In this document: positions 30,378 through 40,938 of the stretch, piece by piece
Layout of the letters: every line of letters starts with the position of its first letter
How positions within the stretch are numbered: the stretch's first letter is position 1
DNA from: Lachnospiraceae bacterium
Lineage (GTDB): Bacteria; Bacillota; Clostridia; Lachnospirales; Lachnospiraceae
Direction: 5' to 3'
Assembly (NCBI GenBank): GCA_022769665.1
Contig: JALEIR010000066.1
Location: 3,723-67,722 of the forward strand
Length of the DNA stretch: 64,000 nt
Program-made: the position numbers and the translations under genes
Notes under the pieces: model-generated
The model's database searches: none
What the model was told of the DNA's origin: nothing
What the model saw: only the letters and a program-made list of their open reading frames with translations

Positions 30378-30896
30378 ATGCTCAGAAAATTTGTGGTAGC
30401 GATATTTATCATTGTGAGTTTTGTATTGCAGTGCAGTGTGTTCGGAAATTTTGCCCTTGCAGGAATCATTCCGAACCTCATGATTATTTTGACATCTTCC
30501 TTCGGGTTTATGCGGGGGGAGAAGGAAGGTTTGATTATCGGATTTTGCTGTGGCCTTTTGAGTGATATTTGTTTTGGCGGATTCTTGGGGTTTTATGCAC
30601 TGGTTTTGATGTACATAGGTTTTTTAAACGGTAAATTCAGTCGTATTTTTTATCCGGAGGATATCAAACTGCCTATTGCATTAATTATAACCAGTGATTT
30701 ATCCTACGGCATTATCTGCTATATGCTTATGTTCATGCTTCGGGGAAGATTTCAATTTGGATATTATTTTATGCATATCATTTTACCGGAAGCATTGTAT
30801 ACCATTGTTGTTACTATGTTCTTGTATCCTCTGATTTTGAAGGTGAACGAGAAACTGGAGGCCCACGAGAAAAGGAGAGCTCAGAAATTTGTTTGA
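30378..30896 (+). CDS. mreD: Rod shape-determining protein MreD
   Basis: Hydrophobic 172 aa (IIPNL, GLLSD); position in the operon. Confidence 0.9.
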   Translation: MLRKFVVAIFIIVSFVLQCSVFGNFALAGIIPNLMIILTSSFGFMRGEKEGLIIGFCCGLLSDICFGGFLGFYALVLMYIGFLNGKFSRIFYPEDIKLPIALIITSDLSYGIICYMLMFMLRGRFQFGYYFMHIILPEALYTIVVTMFLYPLILKVNEKLEAHEKRRAQKFV

Positions 30897-33774
30897 TGAA
30901 TTGAGAGATAAAATCATAAGTTTTTTTACCAGCAGATTGACGTTGTTTACTTTGGTTTTTCTTGTTTTAGTAGGAATTCTGATTTACCGGTGCTTTGATT
31001 TGCAGATTGTACACGGAGAAGAATATCTGGAAAATTTTGTGCTTCAAATCGAAAAAACAAGAGATATTTCCAGTACCAGAGGAAATATCTACGACAGAAA
31101 CGGAAATGTTCTGGCATATAATGAGCTGGCATATTCTGTGAAAATCGAGGATGTCTTTGAATCAGGCAGCAAAAAAAATACAAATTTGAATGCAACCATT
31201 ATGAAATTGATTGATATGATTGAACAAAATGGGGATCATGTCATTTCCGATTTTAAAATTGTGGTAAACGAAGACGGTGAGTTTGCATTTAATGTGGAAG
31301 GGACAAGCCTATTAAGATTTTTGGCAGATGTGTACGGTAAGAAGACAATCAGTGAATTGGATGATGAAATGAGAGCATCCACTGCCAGAGAAATCATGGA
31401 GTATCTCAGCAGAAGTTCTTTGTTTGCCATTGGAGAATACGAAGACCCTGATAACAAAAAAAGCAAATTCATTCCGGGTAAAGGGTATAGCAATGAAGAA
31501 TGGCTGAAACTGGTAACGATTCGATATGCGATGAATTTGACATCCTACCGAAAATATATCGGAACGACAGTCGCAACTGATGTCAGTGAAAAAACTGTTG
31601 CGGTAATTATGGAAAATACCGAAGAACTACCCGGCGTAACCATTGTTGAAGATACGGTGAGAAAGTATGTGGACAGCAAGTATTTTGCGCATGTTTTAGG
31701 ATATGTAGGAAAAATTTCTTCGGATGAATTGACAGAACTCAATGAAGAGTTGGCAAATCAGGGAAAAGGGACTGATGTTTATAATATCAATGCTGTCGTC
31801 GGTAAAAGCGGAATTGAATCCTATATGGAAACCACATTGCAGGGCGTAAAAGGTTACGAAAAGGTAATCGTTGACAATACGGGCAAGGTGATTTCCATCG
31901 AAGAACGACAGGAAGCCCAGGCGGGCAAAGATGTTTATTTAACCATTGATATGGAATATACAAAGGCTGCCTATAACATTCTTGAACAGTCGCTTGCCGG
32001 TCTGGTATCAAGTAAAATAATCAATGCAAAGGAATACAAGGCAACGGAAGGTTCCGGAAGCGCAGACATCAAAATCCCGATTTATGATGTTTATTTTGCA
32101 ATGTTCAATAATTCTATTATCGATATAAAACATCTTGCGTCAGAGGATGCGGGGGAGGTTGAGAGCGAGGTATATCAGGCCTATCTGGGCTATAAAGAAA
32201 AAGTTTATGAGAAACTGATGTATGAATTGAAAGAAGGAAAAACTCCCTATAAAATGCTTTCGAAGGAATATCAGGTTTATCAGAGCAATATTGTAAAGCT
32301 TCTGAATTCAAACGGAGTCATTATATCGGAAGCGGTTGATGCCAATGATGCAACCCAGATTGCATGGGCAACGGACGAAGTCATCAGCCTGAATGAATAT
32401 TTGAAATATTGTATCGCACAGAATTGGATTGATGTCAGTAAGCTGGATATCGACGAAAAGTATTCTGATTCGGAAGAGATATATGAAAAGGTATTGGATT
32501 ATATCATTGCTGTGATAGACAAGAATACGGAGTTCCAGAAACGATTTTACAAATATATGCTGCTGTCGGATGTGATTTCCGGAAAGCAGGTCTGCAAAAT
32601 CCTTTGCGAGCAGAAACTGATAGAAATTCCGGTGGAGGATGAAATTGCGCTTTATAACGGAAAGCTCAACGCATATCAGTTTATGAAAAACAGGATAGAC
32701 AGCATAGACATAACTCCGGCTCAACTTGCATTAGATCCATGTAATGCATCTGTGGTAATTACAGATGTGAATACGGGAGATGTGATTGCCATGGTAACTT
32801 ATCCCGGATATGACAACAACAAGATGGCAAATTCCATTGATGCGGAATACTACGCAAAGCTGACGACTGACAAGTCACAGCCTCAGCTTAATTTTGCAAC
32901 ACAATATAAAGCAGCTCCCGGTTCAACATTCAAAATGGTTTCGGCTACAGCGGGACTGATGGAGGGGGTAATTTCTTTAAAAGGTACTATAAATTGTACC
33001 GGTACCTTTACCCAGATTACTCCATCCCCAAGATGCTGGCGCAGAATAGGTCACGGAAATGAGAATGTAACAACTGCTATTCGGGATTCCTGTAACTTCT
33101 TTTTTTACAATGTTGGATATATGCTTTCAACCAGAGATGGCAGTTACAATGAGACAGCAGGGTTGAATACACTTTATGAATACGCGGACTTGTACGGATT
33201 GTCTGAAAAGTCCGGAGTGGAAATAACGGAATATTCTCCTGAAGTGTCAAATGAAGACCCTGTTCGTTCTGCTATCGGCCAGGGATCCAACAGCTATACT
33301 ACCGTTGGGCTTGCAAGATATGTGACGGCTGTGGCCAACAGCGGTACCTGCTATAATCTGACATTGCTTGACAAAGTGACAGATTCCCAGGGAAATGTAA
33401 TTCAGGAATTTGAACCCGTTGTGAGAAATGTCATTGATATGCCATCTGAATATTGGAATGCCATTCATTCAGGTATGAGACAGGTTGTTCAGAATAAAAC
33501 ATATTTTAATGACCTGGCTGTTGCTGTCGCGGGTAAAACAGGAACAGCAGAGCAGACATCATCAAGACCTAGCCATGCATTGTTTGTATGCTATGCACCC
33601 TATGAAAATCCGGAAATTGCCTGTGTTACCAGAATTCCTTTTGGCTATTCTTCAGATTATGCAGCTCAGGCAACAAAGAAAATAATTGAGTATTATTACG
33701 GGCTTGTTGAGGAAGAAGATTTGTTTACCGGCGAAGCTTATGAGCCGGACGGCGGAATTTCGAATGAGATGTAA
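30889..33774 (+). CDS. mrdA: Class B penicillin-binding protein 2
   Basis: TRGNIYDRNG, catalytic STFK, SCN, KTGT. Large insertion in the dimerisation domain. Confidence 0.9.
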   Translation: MFDELRDKIISFFTSRLTLFTLVFLVLVGILIYRCFDLQIVHGEEYLENFVLQIEKTRDISSTRGNIYDRNGNVLAYNELAYSVKIEDVFESGSKKNTNLNATIMKLIDMIEQNGDHVISDFKIVVNEDGEFAFNVEGTSLLRFLADVYGKKTISELDDEMRASTAREIMEYLSRSSLFAIGEYEDPDNKKSKFIPGKGYSNEEWLKLVTIRYAMNLTSYRKYIGTTVATDVSEKTVAVIMENTEELPGVTIVEDTVRKYVDSKYFAHVLGYVGKISSDELTELNEELANQGKGTDVYNINAVVGKSGIESYMETTLQGVKGYEKVIVDNTGKVISIEERQEAQAGKDVYLTIDMEYTKAAYNILEQSLAGLVSSKIINAKEYKATEGSGSADIKIPIYDVYFAMFNNSIIDIKHLASEDAGEVESEVYQAYLGYKEKVYEKLMYELKEGKTPYKMLSKEYQVYQSNIVKLLNSNGVIISEAVDANDATQIAWATDEVISLNEYLKYCIAQNWIDVSKLDIDEKYSDSEEIYEKVLDYIIAVIDKNTEFQKRFYKYMLLSDVISGKQVCKILCEQKLIEIPVEDEIALYNGKLNAYQFMKNRIDSIDITPAQLALDPCNASVVITDVNTGDVIAMVTYPGYDNNKMANSIDAEYYAKLTTDKSQPQLNFATQYKAAPGSTFKMVSATAGLMEGVISLKGTINCTGTFTQITPSPRCWRRIGHGNENVTTAIRDSCNFFFYNVGYMLSTRDGSYNETAGLNTLYEYADLYGLSEKSGVEITEYSPEVSNEDPVRSAIGQGSNSYTTVGLARYVTAVANSGTCYNLTLLDKVTDSQGNVIQEFEPVVRNVIDMPSEYWNAIHSGMRQVVQNKTYFNDLAVAVAGKTGTAEQTSSRPSHALFVCYAPYENPEIACVTRIPFGYSSDYAAQATKKIIEYYYGLVEEEDLFTGEAYEPDGGISNEM

Positions 33775-33785
33775 ACGGAAAGAGT

Positions 33786-34469
33786 GTGACAGAGTATATG
33801 AAGGATTGTGTTTTGATAAAAAGTTTTCCAAACGGGATTGCCTTACATTTGGACGAAGAAGTCCCTTTTGAAGAAATTTTACAGGAAATTGCATATAAAT
33901 TTTCAGAGGCCAGAAATTTCTTCGGGAATGCAACGATGGCTTTATCCATTGAGGACCGAAGAGTATCGGGAGCGGAAGAAATCAGAATTATTAATACTAT
34001 CAAAAAAAACAGTAATCTTAACATTGCCTGCATTGTCGGAAAGGATGAAGTTACGAACAAAAGCTTTATCAAAGCATTGGCACATATGGAAAAAAAGTTA
34101 TCCGGCGGTGAGGATGGACAGTTTTTTAAAGGTAGCTTAAAAAATAAGGAAGTACTGGAAACGGATAACAGCATCATCATATTGGGCGATGTATATCCGG
34201 GCAGTGCAGTTATAAGCGCAAAAAATATAATTGTTCTGGGAGGTTTGTACGGAGAGGCTTATGCCGGAGGAAACGGCAGACGGGATTCTTTTGTGGCAGC
34301 GCTTGAAATGGAGCCGGAGAGACTTAAAATCGGCGATTTCAAATATAAAACAAATACGAAACAATCGAAATGGGGGATACGCCCTAAGGTACAACCGAAA
34401 ATTGCATATGTGAAAAACGAAAAGATAGTTCTTGAAATGCTTACAAAAGATTTGCTGAGCACATTCTGA
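33786..34469 (+). CDS. minC: Septum site-determining protein MinC
   Basis: IIILGDVYPG, NIIVLGGLYGEAYAG. Confidence 0.9.
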   Translation: MTEYMKDCVLIKSFPNGIALHLDEEVPFEEILQEIAYKFSEARNFFGNATMALSIEDRRVSGAEEIRIINTIKKNSNLNIACIVGKDEVTNKSFIKALAHMEKKLSGGEDGQFFKGSLKNKEVLETDNSIIILGDVYPGSAVISAKNIIVLGGLYGEAYAGGNGRRDSFVAALEMEPERLKIGDFKYKTNTKQSKWGIRPKVQPKIAYVKNEKIVLEMLTKDLLSTF

Positions 34470-34521
34470 ATCTTCATTCGTTTGCTTGGCTGGACGACAA
34501 AAAAATGTTGGAGGAAACAAA

Positions 34522-35343
34522 ATGGAAAATCAATTTTCCCGGGAGCAGAAAAGCTCCGAAGTAATTGTCGTCACATCAGGTAAAGGCGGTGTGGGAAAGA
34601 CCACCACATCTGCAAATGTCGGAACGGGTCTTGCAAAGCTTGGTAAGAAAGTATGTCTGATTGATACAGACATAGGTCTCAGAAATCTTGATGTTGTGAT
34701 GGGACTGGAAAATCGGATTGTCTATAATCTGGTAGATGTTGTGGAAGGTAATTGTCGTGTTAAACAGGCGCTGATTCGGGACAAAAGACATCCCGGATTA
34801 TATCTGATGCCTTCCGCACAAACCAGAGACAAGTCCGCTGTATCTCCCGGACAGATGGTGAAGGTAATTGACCATTTAAAAGAACAGTTTGACTATATTA
34901 TACTGGATTGTCCCGCAGGAATAGAACAGGGATTTCAGAATGCAATTGCCGGAGCAGACAGAGCTTTGGTTGTCACTACTCCGGAAGTGTCTGCAATCAG
35001 AGATGCGGATAGGATTATCGGACTGTTAGAAGCAAACGGCTTTAAGCAGATGGATTTGATCATTAACAGGCTGAGAATGGATATGGTAAAGAGAGGAGAT
35101 ATGATGTCGGCTCAGGATGTAGTCGATATTCTTGCCATCCCATTAATCGGAATTATTCCGGATGATGAAAATGTGGTGATTGCGACCAATCAGGGAGAAC
35201 CGCTGGTGGGCAGCGACAGCCCGGCCGGACAGGCTTACGCCAATGTGGTGCAACGGGTGGAAGGCCGCGAGGTTCCCTTTTTAAATTTCGAAAAGGGTAT
35301 TTCTTTTTGGACCAAGGTAACCGGAATATTTCATAAAATGTAG
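34522..35343 (+). CDS. minD: Septum site-determining ATPase MinD
   Basis: SGKGGVGKTT, DIGLRNLD, DCPAGIE, SAIRDADR. Confidence 0.96.
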   Translation: MENQFSREQKSSEVIVVTSGKGGVGKTTTSANVGTGLAKLGKKVCLIDTDIGLRNLDVVMGLENRIVYNLVDVVEGNCRVKQALIRDKRHPGLYLMPSAQTRDKSAVSPGQMVKVIDHLKEQFDYIILDCPAGIEQGFQNAIAGADRALVVTTPEVSAIRDADRIIGLLEANGFKQMDLIINRLRMDMVKRGDMMSAQDVVDILAIPLIGIIPDDENVVIATNQGEPLVGSDSPAGQAYANVVQRVEGREVPFLNFEKGISFWTKVTGIFHKM

Positions 35344-35360
35344 AGGAGCCTGATATTATT

Positions 35361-35654
35361 ATGAGAAATTTTTTTCGAAGAAAAAGCTCCTGCCAGATTG
35401 CCAAGGACAGATTGAAAATTTTGTTGATTTCAGACAGAGTGAATTGTTCTCCGGAGATGATGGAGCTGATAAAAAATGATATTGCAAAGGTAATATCAAA
35501 GTATATGAAAATAGATGCTGACAATATGGAAATTCAGATAAATACAAAAGGAAGCAAGACGGGCAGAAGCGTAAAACCCAGTTTATGGGCCAATATTCCG
35601 ATTGTAGATGTGACAATGTCGGAACAAAAGAATCAGGAGACAATCAAATTGTAG
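35361..35654 (+). CDS. minE: Cell division topological specificity factor MinE
   Basis: AKDRLKILLISDR, ANIPI. Confidence 0.9.
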   Translation: MRNFFRRKSSCQIAKDRLKILLISDRVNCSPEMMELIKNDIAKVISKYMKIDADNMEIQINTKGSKTGRSVKPSLWANIPIVDVTMSEQKNQETIKL

Positions 35655-35717
35655 CATAATTGTTACATAAAAAACTTTCTGATTACAGGCTGCATGAGCA
35701 GCAGAATGAGAGATAAG

Positions 35718-36827
35718 ATGTTTACAAAGTTTAAAATACGAGATTATGACTTTAAGTTAATCATTATGATACTGATGCTCGCACTAATCGGTGTCATGGT
35801 AATCGGAAGCGCAGAACCGGCACTCCAGACCAGACAGCTGGCTGGAGTGGTAGCCGGAGCTGCGTTAATGATTATTATTTCTTTTTTTAATTATTCATGG
35901 ATTATCAAACTGAATTGGTTAATGTATATATTGAATCTTGTACTGCTCCTGGCAGTAAAATTTCTGGGAGATGAGGGCGGCGGCGCGCAACGTTGGCTGG
36001 AATTTGGCGGTCTTCGTTTTCAACCGTCAGAAACTGCGAAAATATTGTTGATTTTATTCTTTGCACAGTTTATTATGAAGTATAGAGAAAAATTAAATAC
36101 TGTACGGATTATCGGAAGCTGTATCGGCTTGATAGCGGTACCGTGGTATTTAATTTACAAGCAGCCTGATTTATCTACCAGCATTGTAGTGATCGTGATT
36201 TTCTGCATCATTTTATTTGCAGGCGGTATCAGTTGGAAGGTTGTTGTGGGAGCTCTTGCTGTGGCTATACCTGCAGTTGCCCTGCTTGTTACTCTTGCAC
36301 TCCAGCCTGACAGTAATATATTAAAAGGCTTCCAGGTTGATCGTATTCTGGGATTTATCAATCCGGAAGAATATGCAGATACCACTGCTTATCAGCAGAT
36401 AAATTCCGTCACGGCAATTGCTTCCGGACAACTTGACGGAAAAGGATATAAAAATAATGAAATTACATCCGTAAAGAACGGAAATTTTATTTCAGAGGCA
36501 CAGACAGACTTCATTTTTGCTGTTATCGGCGAAGAATTTGGATTTAAAGGCAGTATTACTGTTATTATCTTGTTGTTCGGAATATCATTGGAATGTATTT
36601 CTGTTGCGAGAAAGGCAAAGGACCTGGCCGGGACAATTATTGCGGCCGGTATGGGAGGTTTGGTTGCCTTTCAGGGATTTTTTAATATCGGTGTTGCAAC
36701 ATTTATATTACCGAACACAGGGCTGCCGCTTCCATTTGTCAGCTATGGACTGACCTCACTGATGAGCCTTTTTATGGGAATGGGGTTTGTGTTGAATATT
36801 AGGCTTCAGGCAAAAAAATCGAAATAG
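35718..36827 (+). CDS. rodA: SEDS family protein RodA/FtsW
   Basis: GAQRW, FQPSE, QPDL, QTDFIF, LPFVSYG. Start is 35718 or 35694. Confidence 0.88.
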   Translation: MFTKFKIRDYDFKLIIMILMLALIGVMVIGSAEPALQTRQLAGVVAGAALMIIISFFNYSWIIKLNWLMYILNLVLLLAVKFLGDEGGGAQRWLEFGGLRFQPSETAKILLILFFAQFIMKYREKLNTVRIIGSCIGLIAVPWYLIYKQPDLSTSIVVIVIFCIILFAGGISWKVVVGALAVAIPAVALLVTLALQPDSNILKGFQVDRILGFINPEEYADTTAYQQINSVTAIASGQLDGKGYKNNEITSVKNGNFISEAQTDFIFAVIGEEFGFKGSITVIILLFGISLECISVARKAKDLAGTIIAAGMGGLVAFQGFFNIGVATFILPNTGLPLPFVSYGLTSLMSLFMGMGFVLNIRLQAKKSK

Positions 36828-36843
36828 AGAGAGGGTATAAACT

Positions 36844-37239
36844 ATGAACATTGCATTGATTGCACATGATTCAAAAAAGAAACTGATGCAAAATTTTTGT
36901 GTCGCTTACAGGGGGATTTTAAGTAAGAACGAATTGTATGCTACAGGTACAACAGGACGTTTGATTGAAGAAGTTACAAACTTAAACATTCATAAATTTC
37001 TGGCGGGTCATCTGGGTGGAGAACAGCAGATTGGTGCGCAAATAGAACACAATCAGATAGATTTGGTTATATTTCTCCGCGATCCGTTGGCACCTAAGAT
37101 GCATGAACCGGATGTCAATAATGTGATGAGACTTTGCGACATGCACAATATACCGCTTGCAACGAATCTTGCCAGCGCGGAACTGTTAATCAAGTCCCTT
37201 GACAGAGGAGATTTAGAGTGGCGTGAAATGTACAAATAA
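36844..37239 (+). CDS. mgsA: Methylglyoxal synthase
   Basis: IALIAHD, ATGTTG, HEPDV, PLATN. Confidence 0.93.
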   Translation: MNIALIAHDSKKKLMQNFCVAYRGILSKNELYATGTTGRLIEEVTNLNIHKFLAGHLGGEQQIGAQIEHNQIDLVIFLRDPLAPKMHEPDVNNVMRLCDMHNIPLATNLASAELLIKSLDRGDLEWREMYK

Positions 37240-38212
37240 AAGACGTGTGACTGCCTATATCTGTATTTTAACGATAATGCTGACATTCCTGACAGGATGT
37301 GGGGGATTGTCTTATGACATGGCTTACAGTACAGATTCGGATATCAGCAGCTTTAATGTAATTTCCAGCAGAGATACAAGAACAGCAACTCCTTTTGCGA
37401 CGAATCTGTGTGTAGTAAAGGATGATGTGACGGATGGCACCACGGCTGACATGAGCCAGGCAACAGCAGCCGTCTTTTTTGCATTGAATGAAAACGAAGT
37501 CATATATGCCAAGAATGCACATGAAGTTTTAAATCCCGCGAGTCTGACCAAAGTTATGACAGCTTTGGTTGCTTTGAAATACGGAAGTCTGAATCAACAG
37601 CTTACAGCTACCAATACTGTGAATATAACGGAATCGGGAGCACAGCTTTGCGGGCTGAAAACAGGTGATACCATGACTTTGGACCAGGCACTGCGAATTT
37701 TGTTGATTTATTCTGCGAATGATGTTGCCATGCTGATTGCCGAAGGGGTCGGCGGTACGGTGGAACATTTTGTAGAGATGATGAATGAGGAAGCCAAAAA
37801 CATAGGTGCCACAAATACAAATTTTGCCAATCCTCACGGGCTGACGGATCCAAATCATTATACAACGGCATATGATTTATATTTGATTTTTAATGAAGCC
37901 ATGAAATATGAAACGTTCAATGAAATCATTCAGATGAACGGATATCAGACTGTCTATTATGATAAGAGCGGTAAAGAAAAGAAATTTGACAAATTGACAA
38001 CAAATTTGTTTATTCAGGGGCGATACAGCGCACCGGACAATGTTACGGTAATTGGTGGCAAAACCGGTACAACAAACGCTGCCGGGCATTGTCTGATGCT
38101 TCTTTCCAGAGATGTGCAGGGAGCCCCTTACATATTGATTGTGATGGGTGAACCTTCAACGGATGAACTGTATAACAGTGTCGTTGAACTGTTGGATGAG
38201 ATTAATAATTAG
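37223..38212 (+). CDS. D-alanyl-D-alanine carboxypeptidase (S11), lipoprotein
   Basis: Lipobox LTGC, SLTK, SAN, KTG, NPHGL. Confidence 0.92.
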   Translation: MKCTNKRRVTAYICILTIMLTFLTGCGGLSYDMAYSTDSDISSFNVISSRDTRTATPFATNLCVVKDDVTDGTTADMSQATAAVFFALNENEVIYAKNAHEVLNPASLTKVMTALVALKYGSLNQQLTATNTVNITESGAQLCGLKTGDTMTLDQALRILLIYSANDVAMLIAEGVGGTVEHFVEMMNEEAKNIGATNTNFANPHGLTDPNHYTTAYDLYLIFNEAMKYETFNEIIQMNGYQTVYYDKSGKEKKFDKLTTNLFIQGRYSAPDNVTVIGGKTGTTNAAGHCLMLLSRDVQGAPYILIVMGEPSTDELYNSVVELLDEINN

Positions 38213-38288
38213 AGGTTGTTTTTTAAGACCGAATATCTTATAATTAAGATACAGGTAATACAATAACATTACTACAGGAGGGTTTCCA

Positions 38289-38708
38289 ATGGTTCAGTTG
38301 ATTGTAGGAAAAAAGGGTAAAGGCAAGACAAAACAGTTATTGGATAAGGTAAACAGCGAAATAAAGGAAATTTCGGGTAATATTGTGTATCTTGACAAGA
38401 GTACAAAGCATATGTATGAACTGAATAATAAAGTTCGCCTTATTGATGTATCTCAGTTTATGTTTGAAAACAGCAGTGAATTTCTCGGTTTTGTCTGTGG
38501 CATTATTTCTCAGGATCATGATTTACAGCAAATGTATTTTGACAGTTTTTTAAAAATCGCATGTCTGGAAGGAAAAGATATTTCAGATACAGTTGAGAAA
38601 CTGGAAAAAATCAGTAAAATGTTTGAAGTTGATTTTGTCTTAAGTGTTTCCATGGATGAATCAGAGTTGCCCGCAGGCATGAAGGAAAAGGTAATTATAT
38701 CCCTGTAG
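38289..38708 (+). CDS. Conserved hypothetical protein with N-terminal P-loop-like motif
   Basis: GKKGKGKT near the N-terminus; strong RBS GGAGG. Confidence 0.8.
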   Translation: MVQLIVGKKGKGKTKQLLDKVNSEIKEISGNIVYLDKSTKHMYELNNKVRLIDVSQFMFENSSEFLGFVCGIISQDHDLQQMYFDSFLKIACLEGKDISDTVEKLEKISKMFEVDFVLSVSMDESELPAGMKEKVIISL

Positions 38709-38743
38709 GAATATTGTATAAATGTTATCGTAAAGAAAGTAAC

Positions 38744-38770
38744 AAAAGCCTCGGTAATTCCGGGGCTTTT
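38744..38770. terminator. Intrinsic terminator
   Basis: AAAAGCCTCGG-TAATT-CCGGGGCTTTT. Confidence 0.75.
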
Positions 38771-38787
38771 GTATAGAGGCAGAAAAT

Positions 38788-40182
38788 TTGGCTGGAAAAA
38801 GTAAAATCAAAAAATACAGAAAACCTTTGAATCTGAATATCGGTATGATTATCTTCGGCGTCATATTTATCTACGTCGTTGTTTGTGTTATCATGTATTT
38901 TCAGACCAGCCATATTGTCCGTTATGAAGTAAAAGAGGGCTCTTTGACGGCAAATAATACATACAGAGGAGTCATAATAAGAGATGAGACCGTAGTATAC
39001 AGTCAATCGGCAGGATATGCAAATTATTATGCACGGGAAGGTGAAAGAGTCGCAAAAAATGCTCTGGTCTATATTGTGGATGAAACAGGACGCTTCAGCG
39101 AGGACCTTGAGGCTGCCGCAATGGGGGAAAACAGCCTGACAGAAAGGGAACTGACGGAATTCAGAGATGAAATTATTAATTTTGTACATGAGTTTGACAG
39201 TGCAAATTATGATAATACTTACGATATAAAATATTCTCTTAAGAATACCGTATTGAAGCTTGCAAACAAAAGTATGCTGGAGAATATCAGCAGCTTGAGC
39301 GGGACATCCGGTGTAAATATCAACTATTTTTATGCACCTGCCACCGGAATTGTGTCATATTGGACGGACGGATATGAGGAGCTGACGGCTCAGGATGTAA
39401 CGTCCGATGTGTTTGAAAATAAAAATAAGTATGAAAAAAAACAGATGCTGAATAATTCACTGATGGCTTCCGGTGATGCAGCCTATAAAATTTGTACCAG
39501 CGAAAATTGGTCTTTGGTTATACCTGTTGAGGCTGCAAGAGGAGCACAGCTTGTGGAGGAAGGTTATATTAAAGTTCGTTTTTTGAAGAATCAGTATGAA
39601 TCCTGGGCAGAAGTAAAGCTTCTGACAAATGCTGACGGAAATACTTATCTAAAACTGGATTTTAACAATTCCATGATTACATTTATCAATGACAGATTCA
39701 TTGATGTGGAATTGATTGTGGAGGATGAAACAGGATTAAAGATTCCGGTATCCTCTATTGTACAGAAAGAATTTTTCCTGATTCCTGAGAGTTTTGTAAT
39801 TCCGGGAGGAAATAATGGCGGTGAAAGTATTATGCGACAGTGCTATCTGGAAGATGGCACAATTTCAAGTGAAATAATTGAAGTAGAAGTATATAATTTT
39901 GACAGTGAATCAAAAGAATATTATCTTGACAGCACGTTCCTGAATGCAGGAGATGTTCTGTATAAACTGGACGGTCAGGAAACATATACCGTCAGCAAGA
40001 GAGCTTCCTTGACAGGTGTTTATAATATGAATAAGGGTTATGCGGATTTTAAACAGATTATCATACTGTATCAGAATGACGAGTATGCAATCGTAAAATC
40101 TAATACGAAATACGGACTGAATGTTTACGATTATATTGTTTTGAATGCCGAATCTGTCAGCGATGACCAGTTTATCAATTAG
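38788..40182 (+). CDS. Membrane-anchored HlyD-like adaptor-domain protein
   Basis: N-terminal TM, EGERV motif and APATGIVS hairpin-barrel motif; lies upstream of yggS-sepF. Confidence 0.7.
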   Translation: MAGKSKIKKYRKPLNLNIGMIIFGVIFIYVVVCVIMYFQTSHIVRYEVKEGSLTANNTYRGVIIRDETVVYSQSAGYANYYAREGERVAKNALVYIVDETGRFSEDLEAAAMGENSLTERELTEFRDEIINFVHEFDSANYDNTYDIKYSLKNTVLKLANKSMLENISSLSGTSGVNINYFYAPATGIVSYWTDGYEELTAQDVTSDVFENKNKYEKKQMLNNSLMASGDAAYKICTSENWSLVIPVEAARGAQLVEEGYIKVRFLKNQYESWAEVKLLTNADGNTYLKLDFNNSMITFINDRFIDVELIVEDETGLKIPVSSIVQKEFFLIPESFVIPGGNNGGESIMRQCYLEDGTISSEIIEVEVYNFDSESKEYYLDSTFLNAGDVLYKLDGQETYTVSKRASLTGVYNMNKGYADFKQIIILYQNDEYAIVKSNTKYGLNVYDYIVLNAESVSDDQFIN

Positions 40183-40202
40183 AAAAGGACGGGTGACAGA
40201 AA

Positions 40203-40913
40203 ATGATTGGTGAAAATCTGGAATCGGTTAAAAAGAATATTGAAATGAATTGCAAAATAGCCGGAAGAGACTTCAAGGATGTAACATTGATAGCGGTCAG
40301 TAAAACAAAGCCGATTGAAATGCTGAGAGAAGCATACAAGGCCGGAGCCAGAGATTTCGGAGAAAATAAGGTACAGGAACTGATGGACAAGATTCCTGAG
40401 ATGCCGGAAGATATCCGCTGGCATATGATTGGTCATTTGCAAAGAAATAAAGTAAAGTACATTGTGGGTAAAGTTTATATGATTCACAGTGTGGACTCTT
40501 TAAAACTTGCAGAAGAAATCAGCAAAGAAGCAGTCAAAAAACAGGTAATGGTCAAAATATTGATTGAGGTAAATGTTGCAGAAGAAGAAAGCAAATTCGG
40601 AGTAAAGGTTTCGGATACGGCAGTGCTTGCGGAAGAAATCGCCAAGCTTCCGGGAATCAGCGTGGAAGGGCTTATGACGATTGCTCCTTTTGTTGACAAT
40701 CCGGAAAAAAATCGCCTGTATTTTCAAAAATTGAAACAATTGTCTGTTGACATAAAAGAAAAAAACATTGATAATGTTAATATGAATGTTCTATCTATGG
40801 GGATGACAGGTGATTACTCTGTCGCAGTACAGGAGGGAGCAACCTGTGTGCGTGTTGGAACCGGCATTTTCGGTGAAAGGGATTACACCAAGCATCAGCC
40901 CGAAAATTTGTAG
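40203..40913 (+). CDS. yggS: PLP-binding protein YggS
   Basis: AVSKTK, FGENKVQE, WHMIGHLQRNK, SMGMTGD. Confidence 0.95.
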   Translation: MIGENLESVKKNIEMNCKIAGRDFKDVTLIAVSKTKPIEMLREAYKAGARDFGENKVQELMDKIPEMPEDIRWHMIGHLQRNKVKYIVGKVYMIHSVDSLKLAEEISKEAVKKQVMVKILIEVNVAEEESKFGVKVSDTAVLAEEIAKLPGISVEGLMTIAPFVDNPEKNRLYFQKLKQLSVDIKEKNIDNVNMNVLSMGMTGDYSVAVQEGATCVRVGTGIFGERDYTKHQPENL

Positions 40914-40938
40914 GGCAGCGGAAAGGCATGGAATATAT

